Shown here piece after piece: positions 25,978-39,472 of a DNA stretch of 64,000 nt. The notes beneath the pieces were generated by a model, which saw only the letters and a list, made by a program, of their open reading frames with translations, made no database searches and had not been told where the DNA came from. The first letter of the stretch is position 1; every line of letters begins with the position of its first letter. Location: the NCBI GenBank assembly GCA_964016885.1, contig OZ024754.1:30132001-30196000 (forward strand). The letters are read 5' to 3'. The translations under genes and the position numbers were made by a program. The stretch comes from Eledone cirrhosa (taxonomy: Eukaryota).

Positions 25978-28141
25978 AATTCAAACAACAAGAAGTAATA
26001 ACGGCAGATACAAGCCAGAAGCTCCGAAGAATATGGAGTGTACATATACTAAAGTATTGCAAAAATATATAATAAAAATAATAAAAATATATAATGAAAA
26101 TTACTAAGGATGTATGTGACATTAAGAACCATATTACAAATATAGTCCAAAGCAAAAAAAAACTAGAGCTAGACAAAGGTGGTTATATAGATCAGGAATC
26201 ATATATAATATAATGTAATATAATATAATTATACCTTTACCAACATTAAAGTTACAATGGAAAATCAAAAGGTACATTATGCATATGTATATATGTGTGC
26301 ACACACACACACACATACACCTACAACAATACACACATCTATCTTCAACTGCACAAATTTAACCTTATCAAGAGTTTGAATATGAAAATGAGCATGATAG
26401 GAATGAGAATAATAATAATGATAATACTAATACATCTACCCAATATACATGGGTTAATAATATGATATAATTATAAGTAGCATATATAATCAATAATAAA
26501 CAATACAATTATATACTATGTAATACAATATAATAGAATGGATAATCTCCGGTTAATTTACACAAACAATATAGATGTCACAATAATAATATAATTATAA
26601 TATAATATAACATACCAAGATCTATAATATACAATATACTAACACTTATAATCAACAATATATAATGGTACTCAAGTTAACAAATCAATTCATATTGGGT
26701 TACAGAGTAGGCGAGGAAAAATAAATAAATTGTACAATATCCCCAAAGGAATTTTGTTGGTACAAAAATACAAATATCCTACATGATATATAAAGTTTAA
26801 CATATCATAATGTTACATATAATTAACGGTAAGTGATAAGGATCAATATTACAATAAAAATACAATATAATATAATATATTATATAAAATAAGTTAACAT
26901 AATATAATATATAATTACTTATAATTACAAGGTTGGTAGACATACATATATATGGATGAGTGAGTAAATGCCAGACAGTAAATGCAATGCACAATATTAA
27001 TAAAATATACAGTATAAAATATAGAATAAAATAAATAAATAAATAAATAGAATCACCCGGAGATTAAAAAACAAAAACAAACGTATGCATTTAGGTCTCA
27101 CATGCAGTTAAGTATTTAAGTATTTAAGTAAAACCTAAGGAAATAACCCGTGAAAATGACTCGAAAACCCTATTTGATAAATTAATATTAAAAATATTTA
27201 AACTATCCAATAAGGCAGTATAATATTAGCTATAGTTTAAGTAATTAAAGTTTATAAACATTAATATTTCGTTACAAATGTTTACAAAAAGGAATGAAAA
27301 TTTGTTCCTATCATATACATAACGATACCTAAAAAATGACTTAAGCAGAATTAAGGTAGGCCAATAGGGACAGAAATGAAGAAATATATGGAGGATGCAA
27401 AGGGGCATAAAATATAAAATATAGTCGATATACTATATTACTTAATAGAAAGGAGCGTAAAAGAGGGGGAGGTTAAATATAATTATAGTCAATTTGGAGG
27501 GGATGACAATAAGTTTATGTGCGCATGGGGGGGGGTTATCCAAAGAAGAATCCGAATAAAAATAAAAATAAAAGTAAAAATAAAAATAAAAATAAAATAA
27601 ATAGCGTAAAATATATAATCTTATATAATTCAAAAGGTGTAATAGTGAAAATCTAATGCGTTAGAAGACAGATATGGTACAGTAGCCAAAAGGTTATGAG
27701 AGCTAAAATAAAGAGTCATCAAAAACCAATGGTAATAATGATGATAATAATAATGACGTTGGCAAACAAAGGAACCTAAACTAAAAATAAATAATGGAAT
27801 ATATCAGCTAATGGGTACAATGTGTACTACTAGAACGTTTAGGTTTATAATAAAAGTATGAATTAGAAATAGCGTGGGGGCAAGAAGAGAATATCTCAGA
27901 CTTTCTATTAAGTAAGGGTACGCTAGAGAAAATTATATAGTGTGTCTCAAGGATGCAGAGATTACAAAACTTAGTATGTGTAGAAAGGTGGTTAGAGCGT
28001 GCTACTAAACGCCAGTTAAGGCTATATGGTATATTAGCTATCTTAAGATCCCAGATATAATGTGCTAAAGTATATGTACACTCCATATTCTTCGGAGCTT
28101 CTGGCTTGTATCTGCCGTTATTACTTCTTGTTGTTTGAATT

Positions 28142-28179
28142 GCCCTGATGAGTCTTTAATAGGACGAAACATTGTCGGC
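28142..28179 (+). ncRNA. Minimal type I hammerhead ribozyme (inverted copy)
   Basis: GCC-CTGATGA-GTCTT.TAAT.AGGAC-GAAAC-ATT-GTC^GGC, then TAATAAA. Confidence 0.88.
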
Positions 28180-29389
28180 TAATAAAGACTTTTGATGTAT
28201 TGAAGGCTTCTTTGTTTTACTCTCTTAATTTTTCGGCTCTGTTTAACTACATTGAGCTATACTTTTTACTGTCATTTCTATAATACGAAGAGGGTGTTTA
28301 ACTCCAACACGCTCCAGTATTTTAACCTTTATATATATATATATATGTGTGTATGTGTGTGTGTATGTGTGTGTATGTGTGTGTGTGTGTGTATGTGTGT
28401 GTATGTGTGTGTATGTGTGTGTATGTGTGTATGTATGTGTGTGTATGTGTGTGTGTGTATGTGTGTGTGTGTGTGTGTATGTGTGTGTGTGTATGTGTGT
28501 GTATGTGTGTATGCGTGTGTGTATATGTGTGTATGTGTGTGTGTATGTGTGTGTGTGCATGTGTGTGCATGTGTGTATGTGTATGTGTGTGTATGTGTGT
28601 GTGTGTGTATGTGTATGTGTGTGTGTGCATGTATGTGTGTGTGTGTGCATGTGTGTGTGTGTATGTGTGTGTATGTGTGTGTGTGTATGTGTGTGCATGT
28701 GTGAGTACGTGAGAATCTGTTTGCAACTCCTATTCTTATACAGACATTTGACTTTTCTTATCTCAATCTCACTTCATGATTCATTCCCTTTCCTCCTTGT
28801 TCCCCTTCCTCCTTGTTCCCCTTCCTCCTTGTTCCCCTTCCTCCTTCTCCCCTGCCTCCTTGTTCCCCTTCCTCTTTCTCCTCTTCTCTAGTCCACCAAA
28901 ACATCCGGCTGAAAACATCTTACTGAAACATCTTTTCTCCCACCAAAGATCAACTCTACATATTAAGCTTATCAGTAAGTTTACCTTATCAATTATTCAC
29001 CAACTCTCGTAGATATATCAGTACATTACTTATGTTTTCAATAGGAACGGTAAAGGTTTGTTACTGAAGCCATACAATTGATAACTAAATGATCTATTCA
29101 GATTAACTAGACCTGTTCTGAGCTAATTTTCAATTCACACTCGAAATATTTTTGTTTTCTTTCTTTTTTTTTTTTAGGTATTTTTTTTTCTGATTTTTTT
29201 TTTTTTTTATTATTTATATATCCGTCGCTATCTGCTAGTCCATAGGTCATAGAAACACATTGAAAAATACCTTCAGGATTGTTAAACTTCTATATTTGGC
29301 AACTCTCTCTCTCTCTCTCTCTTTCTCTTATTCTCCCCCTCTCTCACTATATATATAGAGAGAGAGGGGTATATATATATATATATATA

Positions 29390-30540
29390 GCAATGAAGAG
29401 GCGGATTTTCAGGTCTTTACGAAGGTCCGACTTCCACACCGATCTCAAGCTGTGGCACGCCGGCCAGGCTTTGCTCTTCCTCTCAACCACATCATCTTCC
29501 GTATTCCCAATCTTTGCTCCAAAATACAGGAAGTCCTCAACCAATTCTAGCGGCTTCCCGCCTACATTAGTGATCGCCTCTGGCTTCTCAACATTCTCTA
29601 CCAGATATTTTGTTTTAGTCTCATTCATTCTCAGCCCCACACTCATCGACACAGTCTCAACCTCCTGCATCAAATCCTCTGCCTCCTTCACTGTATTTGT
29701 CACCAAAACTATGTCGTCGGCAAATTCAGCATCCGATATCTTTTTCGCCTTACCTCTCCTGCTCTGAGCCGGTGCTACAGTAAAGCCAGAGTCCTGGTGT
29801 TTCTCCAGTGCAAGGCGCATACAATAGTCCACTACGATGATAAAAAGGTAGGGAGCTAATGTATCTCCCTGGAGCACTCCAGCCAGTGTCTCAAAGAACT
29901 CTGACATCCCATCAGGTGTAATGACTTGGGTGTTGGTGTAGAGCAGTGATATCATGTCCACTATCTACTTGGGGATTCCATAATCCTGTAAGATCTTCAT
30001 CAGGCAGTGACGGTCCACAGAATCAAAGGCCTTCCTAAAGTCAATGAAAACCATGACCGCAGGAAGGCACTTTGCTCTAGCTCCCTCTAATATCCTCCTC
30101 AGCATCTTCATTGGTGTAGTAGAGTCTGAGCTGCTGTACGGGTCTGAGACTTGGACACTGACCAAGAAACTCACTCAGATGATGGATGGGTGCTACACGA
30201 GAATACTGAGGATGGCTCTGAACATTAATCAGTATACACTGAGGATGAAAAACTCAGAGCTGTATGGGAGTCTCCCAAACGTCAGCTCAAAAGTAACACA
30301 GAGGAGACTGAGGTTAGCTGGACATGCTCACCGACATCCAGAGTTGACATTGCACTCAGTGCTCCTGTGGGAGACCCTACATGGACACACTGGAAGAGGA
30401 AGACCAAGGTTAACGTATGTTGATGCCCTAAGGACAGACACTGGTCTGTTGGAGACGCAGGACATGGCAGCGATAATGAGGGACAGAGACCGCTGGAGAG
30501 AACTCGTCCATTGATCTCGGGAATTTTACCCGCCCTAGAT

Positions 30541-30632
<92 letters not shown>

Positions 30633-30642
30633 GTAGATAGAT
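29390..30642. mobile_element. RTE-clade LINE with 5' inversion and (AGAT)n tail
   Basis: Minus strand 29390-~30104 encodes the RT core (FIDFRKAFDSV, GVLQGDTLAPYLF, FADD) ending in KIRLFIA. Plus strand from 30105 continues FIGVVESELLYGSETWTL...LRLAGH...GRGRP...RDRWR. The tail spans 30536-30642. Confidence 0.93.
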
Positions 30643-30717
30643 ATGTGAGAGTATCGCTCTCTCTCTCTCACACACTGTCTCTTTTTCTCTCTACCAATCA
30701 CTCTTATTCAGTATATT

Positions 30718-30750
<33 letters not shown>

Positions 30751-30753
30751 ATA

Positions 30754-30852
30754 CAGGATGTTCCAAAAAATGTATGCACACTTCTACAACATTATAATAA
30801 ATATTGCCTGTACAAGTAATCAAAGTGTGTATACATTTTAGGGGATACCCTG
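30754..30852. mobile_element. ~100-bp Tc1/mariner-type MITE
   Basis: TA-CAGGATGTTCCAAAAAATGTATGCACACTT ... AAGTGTGTATACATTTTAGGGGATACCCTG-TA. Confidence 0.75.
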
Positions 30853-31016
30853 TATACATACATATATATATATATATAATATATGTAATCTGAGTTGTTC
30901 AAATATTAATGATAACATTCGATTCGTTTGCAATTATGCAAACAAGCCTCAATTTTATAGCCATGTCAGTAGAATGAACCCTTCATTCTTGCTCTTGTGT
31001 TGTCATGTGAACAGAA

Positions 31017-31060
31017 CTGCAGACACTAATGTTTCTGGGTATCATCCTTCATCAGTACAG
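31017..31060 (-). ncRNA. Type I hammerhead ribozyme
   Basis: CTGTA-CTGATGA-AGG.ATGATA.CCCA-GAAAC-ATTAGT-GTC^TGCAG. Stem II is imperfect. Confidence 0.75.
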
Positions 31061-31546
31061 CTCACTGTTCACCTGCCAAACTGTCAGAGCTAGTGAAAAT
31101 ATATGCTAATTTCAAAAATACACAGTGACTGATCGGCCTGATTTGCATATTAGCAGACTGGCTGATCAGTCAGATCTCCATATTAGCCGATCCACTGATC
31201 AGCCAGATTTGCATATCAGCAGACCGGCCAGTCAGTTTCCTGTATACGAGTGATAAATGGTCGGCTTTGCCAAAGTTAAAAAAAAAGAAAACTTCTTTCT
31301 CTCTACATGGCTGAATACAATAAATCTAATCTGAGTTGTTCAAATATTAATGATAACATTCGATTCGTTTGCAATTATGCAAACAAGCCTCAATTTTATA
31401 GCCATGTCAGTAGAATGAACCCTTCATTCTTGCTCTTGTGTTGGCAAGAATGAAGAGTTCATTCTACTGACATGGCTATAAAATTGAGGATTATTTGCAT
31501 AAATGCAAACGAATCGAATGTTATTATTAATATTCGAAAAACTCAG

Positions 31547-31667
31547 ATTCTGAGTTCAAATCCCGCCGAGGTTAACTTTGCCTTTCATCCTACGGGGTCG
31601 ATAAAATAAAGTACCAGTAAGGTACTGGATAATTTCTGGCCTTGTGCCAAAAGTAGAAACAATTATT
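31547..31667 (+). mobile_element. 5'-truncated SINE A with a long target-site duplication
   Basis: ATTATTAATATTCGAAAAACTCAG at 31523-31546 and again at 31662-31685. Confidence 0.9.
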
Positions 31668-31979
31668 AATATTCGAAAAACTCAGGTTACATTTATTGTA
31701 TTCAGCCATGTAGAGCGAAAAAGTTTTCTTTTTTATTATATATATATATAATCAAACACTCTCTCTCTCTCTCTCTCTCCCTCTCTCTCCCTCTATCTCT
31801 CTACAATTTCTCTTACAATTCTTGAACCGTTGTGAGGCTATGATCTATGGAGTCGATCAACAAGATCTCAGACCTCATTCACTGAGTTGGGAAGAAACTC
31901 GTATATCTATCCAAGGAAACAATGTTTCCATTGGTCCTTCCATTGCTGATACTATCTACTGGTGGCAACTCCTGACAGA

Positions 31980-32100
31980 AGGAGCAACGTGAAATAGAAA
32001 GTCTCATGCTTAAGGACATAAAGCATCACCCGATCCAAGAATCGAACTCGCAACCTCACGATTGCTAATCCAATTCTCTAACCACTAAGCCACGTAACTT
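31980..32100 (-). mobile_element. SINE family B tRNA-like head
   Basis: Reverse of CGTGGCTTAGTGGTTAGAGAATTGGATT..CAATCGTGAGGTTGCGAGTTCGATTC, homologous to 3456-3582. Confidence 0.7.
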
Positions 32101-32984
32101 CACTATGGTAAATGACACTTACCTTAAATGTTACTCAATAATATCGAACTCAGAACCTTATGATTGCGAAGCAAACTTCTGAAACCTTCGGCCATGTTAG
32201 GTTCACATAAAACACTAGATAAAGTGTTAGATATAATTCCCCAGTTTATGGTGATTAACACACAATTACACTACATTATCAGTCTTAATTTACATATGTT
32301 GATATATTTATGTATCAAATTTAAATCATTTAACGTTTTCGATAATATTGCTTGTACAACACTTTCGTTATTTTTTTTTATTTTTAGAGTATTTTGCATT
32401 TTCCAAGTAAAGAAAAAAATATTAAATAAATCATTCAATTTTTTTTTTTAATCAGTATTTCTTTTTTTTTAAACCAGTATTTCTTTTTTTTACATTCTGT
32501 TTTGTTTGTATATTTTTCACTTAAATGTGTTTCTAGTATTTTTATAGTCTTTATTTATGTTTGTTGTTGTTGTGTTGTTATTTGTTGACATTATTTTTCT
32601 AATCTGCGAGGTAATATTTGAATTTCGAAATATTTGGAAGACGTGTATTTGCTAATCTAAGTTTTCGTATGCAGCTATTTAACGTTAGGTTTATTTGTAT
32701 GCAAATATAATTAACCAAAAGGCACGTATTTATGGAGCCAAGATTAAACAGTCAACGTTATCTAATTATATATGCCGTTGTTAGTGGATGAGAGCGAAGG
32801 AATTGAGCGATTCTGGGGGAGGGAGGTTGTATGATTGGGGGGAAATATTGTTGAGAGAAGAAGGGAGAAAGTAGGAAACGAGTGAGGTGGTGGAGAGAAG
32901 AGGTGCTTCTGCGACTAAAGAAGGATTATGTTTGCGATATCATGACAATAATTAAATTAAGTTCAATGTTTACATTTTCAACAC

Positions 32985-33025
<41 letters not shown>

Positions 33026-33107
33026 TATATATATATATATAAGTATATATACGTACATACATATATGTATACAGACGTACAGTAGTATGTATATACATAC
33101 ATACATG

Positions 33108-33186
<79 letters not shown>

Positions 33187-33532
33187 GTATGGGTTTACCG
33201 AACATTTATTATAATGCTCGGTGTGTTTGTAAACAAACAGCCCGAATTAAGCCGTACAGTGTTCGGCAACCATCGTTACACTTTTGTTCAACACTGACAA
33301 AGGAATGATGAACTAGTTTCTAGCTTATTAACTGTCATCGGCACCGTATACCTTCCTGTCAGTCGAATGAACGTTTGAAAGTATATATTTTTCTTATGCT
33401 TACTAGGGAGCCCAGCACTGTTAACACTATATCACGTGACATCAATTATCTATTTATAATTTTACGGAATCTTATAGTAACAAATATACCACTAGTTTAT
33501 TTTCAATGTGTTCCTTCTTTCTATTTCATTTA

Positions 33533-34031
33533 CAGTATATGCCGGCGTACAAGACGACATTTGGCGCCCAAAATTATCTCTCCAAAACCAGAGGTCGACT
33601 TGTCCGTCGAATATAAAATGTGAACCTTTACCACTGAGGGGTAAACAGGGAAACGGTCTGCCTAACACTCGTTGTACACCACTTACCATAACTCTAGCAA
33701 CCCACCACAATTATTTCCTACTGAATCTCATATTTGTTAAGTCTATTCAACGTAGAGATTATAATAATATCAATGACTTGCCGTAGCTCATAGGGTAGGT
33801 TACCATAGGGAGGTTACCATAGGTTTGTTAAAGTTAGGCTAGGCTGGTTTACTCAGTGAGTTAGAACTCACTTGCGACTGAAGTGTTTTAGGAGAAGCGT
33901 CTTAGTCTTTAGCGTGCCACTAAATTTTTTGAATTATTTCGCCAGCGAATATAGGCCTAAATCTTAATTACACCTCAGAATTTTAGGGGTCGACCTATGC
34001 GCCGGATCGACTTGTACGCCGGTATATACAG
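33533..34031. mobile_element. pogo/Tigger-like MITE, about 500 bp
   Basis: TA-CAGTATATGCCGGCGTACAAG ... CTTGTACGCCGGTATATACAG-TA, with subterminal GGTCGAC motifs. Confidence 0.8.
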
Positions 34032-34045
34032 TATGTCAGCAAGTA

Positions 34046-34232
34046 TAATTGTTTCTACTTTTGACACAAGGCCAGAAATGATGCCAGTGCATTACTGGTA
34101 CTTTATTTTATCGACACCGTAAGGATGAAAGGCAAAGTTAACCTCAGCGGGATTTGAACTCAGATCGTAAAGGGCCGTAACTCGTTGCTGCAAAGCATAG
34201 CGTCCGACCCTCTACCAATACTGCCAAGCCAC
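34046..34232 (-). mobile_element. SINE family A, full length
   Basis: Reverse copy. Confidence 0.9.
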
Positions 34233-34442
34233 TTGAGAGTTAGGCTTCCAATTACCATACGTTTTGTAATATCGGCCGTAATGAAGATAAGTTCTGCAGT
34301 AAATACTTTAGTTTACGACCCCAATGAAACTGGTGACAGGTAGAAATTAGATTTGGTAACACAAAACACGAATTTTGATTTGATTTTCTTAATAAGAAAC
34401 ATACCTAAATGTGGTTAACATCTTTCATGGATTTTAGTACCT

Positions 34443-34466
34443 TTGTTGTTGTTGCTGTTGTAGTTG

Positions 34467-34534
<68 letters not shown>

Positions 34535-34546
34535 TGCAGCAGCAGC

Positions 34547-34596
<50 letters not shown>

Positions 34597-34659
34597 CAGC
34601 AGCAACAGCAGCAGTAGTAGTAGCAGTAGCAGCAGCAGAAGTAGTAGTAGTAGTAGTAA

Positions 34660-34708
<49 letters not shown>

Positions 34709-34712
34709 TGTT
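34443..34712. repeat. (TAG)n/(CAG)n microsatellite
   Basis: Read directly from the sequence. Confidence 0.95.
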
Positions 34713-35085
34713 GACATTCCTAGAATGGTTTAGCTCAAGAAATAGATGAGAAGAAAAAAAAACGAATAATAAAATTTACTTCTTAAAAAAAAACATCCAA
34801 TAATTTCCTGATCTTTCCAAATGATGAATGAGGAGAACGACTAAGTTCTGTTCAAGACAAAGATGCAGCTTGGTTAAAATTTGGGGACAGGGTAAAAGGG
34901 TAAAGACATCCCTTCGGTCACGAATGACCATTGGATTTACACCTTGAAAGTTCCCCTTCGAGGCAAGGTTGTTTGTGTCCGGGCAAGTCCGGGCAAGATT
35001 GTTTGTGAAAGACCAGCATTCATCGGTTTTACGTCCGTTTTTTCCACGCTTGCATGGGTTATATATAGATACACACACACATATA

Positions 35086-35187
<102 letters not shown>

Positions 35188-35704
35188 CGCACATACATAC
35201 ATACATGGTGGCTGCCAACTCGTTTTCGAGTACGGCCACTACTCTATATCCGTGTAGGAGAACCCCTACCGATGCGCTGAACGAGTGTGATTTTTTAGTC
35301 CAGCCAGCGACTTGAAAACTCTGGTACAAACACTACACTTGTGACAATTATTGACACATAGTGCTGGGCCCATGGTACCATGTGACGACAAGTGCAGAGA
35401 GATCTCCAGATATAAAGCAATGCCTGTGCCGTGAAGCTTTTATAGTGAGCAAAGGCACTGCACAAAGCCAGTCCCACTCTCTTAACCAAGATGATATTTA
35501 CCAAAAAGAAGAACAAGTCAACATCACTGGATACCATCAGGGTTGCAAGTGTTATATCAGAGTTTTCCCTCTCCTAGAATTGTGCCTTGACAAAGGCTAA
35601 GGGGTCATCTCTCCCGTACATACATACATACATACATACATACATACATACATACATACATACATACATACATACATACATACATGAATGTATGTATGTA
35701 TATA

Positions 35705-35878
<174 letters not shown>

Positions 35879-36212
35879 CTAGAATATATAATATCAGACA
35901 TAATATAACACAATACAATATACGATATAATACCTAGAGGCCAAAATGTTAGACGAAGGAGACGAGTTTCACTGAAAGAGTGTTGGGGGTTATCAAAGAT
36001 CTTAGTTCCATTATATATCTATGTTTCTTTATAGAAAGAGTGAAAGGGCGAAGTAAAGAGATTACTGGGAGGTGGAGGACCAGAACGGGGAGTTGTCTAA
36101 TGAAAGGAGTTTTTTATTAAGGAAATTGTGAGCTACAGGCCAGAATAGTGTAGGAAATTTGGAAAAAGAAAGAAAAGATAGATAGAAAGACAAAAAGAAA
36201 GAAAGAAAGCCC

Positions 36213-37002
<790 letters not shown>

Positions 37003-37414
37003 ACTTATAATACATGATGTGATGTTACAAAGATAAGAATTATTATTACATATAAATATAAATAGAATATTTTATTTAATAAGAGACTTAAATAAGAAGA
37101 AAAATATTATTTAATAGTATTGATAAAATATCTAATTAAATATCATAAGATTACATTATATTTAATAATGATATAAATTATATAAAACGTTATTATAATA
37201 GTATTAATAAAATATTAAATTACATTATGTTATATTTAATAAGAATCTAAAATTCTATGTAATATTATTATGGTGCTATGAAAAAATTGAAATATTTTAT
37301 TCAAACGAAAATCAAAATATTTAATATTAATGGTTTCAACATAGATATCGATCAGTGGATTTAATGTTACAGACGCTAGAGAAGGAAACTAGGGGAGATG
37401 AATGGGTTATAAGT

Positions 37415-37858
37415 TTCTTCTTCTTCTTCGCCCACTTATTCCTGAGAGCGTCGTGGGGACAGTCCTCAAACACCCCCTCCAGCGGGTCCTGTCAGAAGTA
37501 AGTGTCTCCAACTGATCCGACTGGATACCCAAGTGAGACCAGCCAAGCTCATGGATGTTATCCAACCATCTTGCTCGGGGTCTACCCCTGGGTCTCCTTC
37601 CTGTTGGCTTCGCCCGTAAAATCTATCCAGAGATTCTTTCCTGAGACATTCTAACCACATGCACATAGTATCGGAGCTGTGATCTCTCAATTCGAAGAAG
37701 TAGCGGCTCTACCTGGAGTGACTCTCTCATCTCCGAGCTACACACTTTATCGAGTAACGTTACTCCAAATACCCGTCGAAAGAATCCCATTTTGGTCGCT
37801 TGTATTCGCAATCATATTCTTTCGGTCATTATCCAAGCTTCATGGCCATAGGTATGGC
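37415..37858 (-). mobile_element. RTE-clade LINE 3' end with (GAA)n tail
   Basis: YGHES, RIQATKMGFFRRVFGVTLLDKV, IERSQLRY..HVVRM, GRRPRGRPRARW and DRTRWR. Confidence 0.88.
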
Positions 37859-38088
37859 TTGGGAAATATCTTATTGGTATCTTTATCATTTTTTGTTTTA
37901 TCGACCTGGAATACAGAATGGCTGTGGTGTTGTTTCGATGGGAAAGATATTAAGCTGGCTATGAAGGAGTGATGCTAGAGCTATGAAATCTTGCATGCAT
38001 TAATTTCAACTTTTCTTATTAATAACTGCATCGTTTCTTTCCGGGGATTATGTTTTTGTATTTGTTTTACAAGATTTTTTTTTTATCA

Positions 38089-38525
38089 GAAAACGTGTGT
38101 TGAAACAGAAATTGTTATACTTTGGGATACTTTTTCCAATAAAATCACACGCACCTGTTCGTTTTCACTTAAATTTATCTTAAACTCCCAGTAGGTGAGT
38201 TTAATAACCGGATGGTTGTTTAGTTATTTATGGTCAAAGCCCTTTCGTCACATATTCTGTGACCTCCTTGGTGACTAATTTATTATTTTTGTCTCTCCTT
38301 TTTTGTCCTACATCATCATGTTTTTTCTGAACTCACAAAAACAAGATGGTGTAAGACAGAACAAAGAATAGACACAAAATAACAAATTGGTCACAGAATG
38401 TGTGACGAAAGAGCTTTGACAATCAACAACAAAACAACCACCCGGTTATCAAATTAACCAACAGGGAGTTTATAATAAATTGAATTGAAAACCAACATGT
38501 GCGTGTACTTTTATTGAAGGGCATA
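38089..38525. mobile_element. Old fold-back element related to the 2437-3015 family
   Basis: Contains ATTGTTATACTTTGGG. Diverged inverted arms at about 38147-38262 and 38389-38517. Degenerate hammerhead on minus 38233-38275: GTCA-CCAAGGA-G-GTCACA.GAATA.TGTGAC-GAAA-GGGCT-T-TGAC. Confidence 0.65.
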
Positions 38526-38556
38526 TATATATATATATATATAGATATATATATAT

Positions 38557-38620
38557 AACGAAGGAAATGTGGTAAGGAACCAGGTGGACCATAACGCACC
38601 AAAGTACTCAATACTTAGGT
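38557..38620 (-). mobile_element. Family X 3' tail fragment
   Basis: AACGAAGGAAATGTGGTAAGGAACCAGGTGGACCATAACGCACC..GTACTCAATACTTAGG following (TA)n. Confidence 0.75.
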
Positions 38621-38644
38621 AATAGGAACAAGTAAGTACTTGTT

Positions 38645-38706
<62 letters not shown>

Positions 38707-38709
<3 letters not shown>

Positions 38710-39472
38710 GTGGTTACACAACAGTTAGTTCACCATACCGAGAACAGTTGCTTCACCTTAGCGGATCCTCAGCTCGTAATGGACACGGGAAGGACAACCG
38801 TACGAACGCGCATGCGCAGAAACGGTCACTTCACGTGTGAGAGGTGTAAGGGAGATAACTGCGAAAGTCCGAAAGTTTCTAGTTGATAAGAAAATTAGGA
38901 TGTTGTTGTAATTCAATCCGGAGCTTTGTAGTTATGTAAGGGGTGTTTCCAGACGTGTGGACAACGTGTGAAGAATTCATATCATGAGTTTAGGCAATCG
39001 CTATTGCGTAATCTCTTTTGAATATTTATTCGTTCATCAATACATAGTCCACACGACGGATTGCCCCTTGCGTATGGCTTGGACTTAGTGATGGCTTTCC
39101 ATTGAATGGAGTAGTCTATACTTGAGTCCTTGAGGTACCATACGTGGCTCACGAGTTTCGTGGATGAACGTTTGTCCGGGTACTTAAAGGTCGACTGGCG
39201 GTTCAGGAAGCTTCCTTAAATCGGCCCTCCGCCATACCCACATAGGATTTGACCTCCTGTGGTTGATTTGGTCGGTTGGACGTGACCACAGCTTCGTAAA
39301 CTACAGCAGGTGTGTTGCATTGCTGTTGAAGGGGACAAGCTTCGGGCTCTCGGCAAAAGCACCCTGGTGGGGTGTTGCTCTTAGGGCTGTTGGTGATGTG
39401 GGCCTTCATGTTCTTAGCGCAGGAGTATCCTAGTTTTACTTTGTGTCGGTTAAAGATGGAGCGGTATTTATG
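38707..39472 (-). mobile_element. PLE 3' part: GIY-YIG endonuclease (frameshift and stop), 3' UTR and degenerate hammerhead
   Basis: CFCREPEACPLQQQC..AVVYEA..SYVGMAEGRFKE, then a frameshift, then FLNRQSTF..STKLVSHVWYLK..CGLCIDE..LNS*YEFFTRCPH..KAPD* (ends 38913). Motif CGAG-CTGAGGA-TCC.GCTAA.GGT-GAAGC..GTT-CTCG at 38739-38776. Confidence 0.9.

Larger units (their letters stand above)
25890..28330 (-). mobile_element. 5'-truncated PLE with inverted pseudo-LTR, inserted in (TA)n
   Basis: Endonuclease C-terminus at 27808-28068 (TLAHYIWDLK...LNW...CNLCILE...LLNRKSEIFSSCPH), then a ~1.8-kb AT-rich 3' region. 161-bp inverted repeats at 25890-26050 and 28069-28229 each carry a hammerhead. A one-sided tail extends to 28330. 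Confidence 0.9.
30884..31735. mobile_element. Family Y: PLE-pLTR-like compound (direct partial tandem plus fold-back)
   Basis: 30884-~31002 is repeated directly at about 31325-31443. 31285-31433 is inverted at 31443-31730, where it is interrupted by a SINE. It is flanked by (TA)n. Confidence 0.75.

Noticed and set aside
38982-38984. In-frame TGA in the PLE endonuclease as possible selenocysteine (described for some Naiad PLEs)
   Set aside because: It falls at the conserved Arg of LNxRxE, so CGA>TGA decay is the simpler explanation. The copy is also frameshifted.
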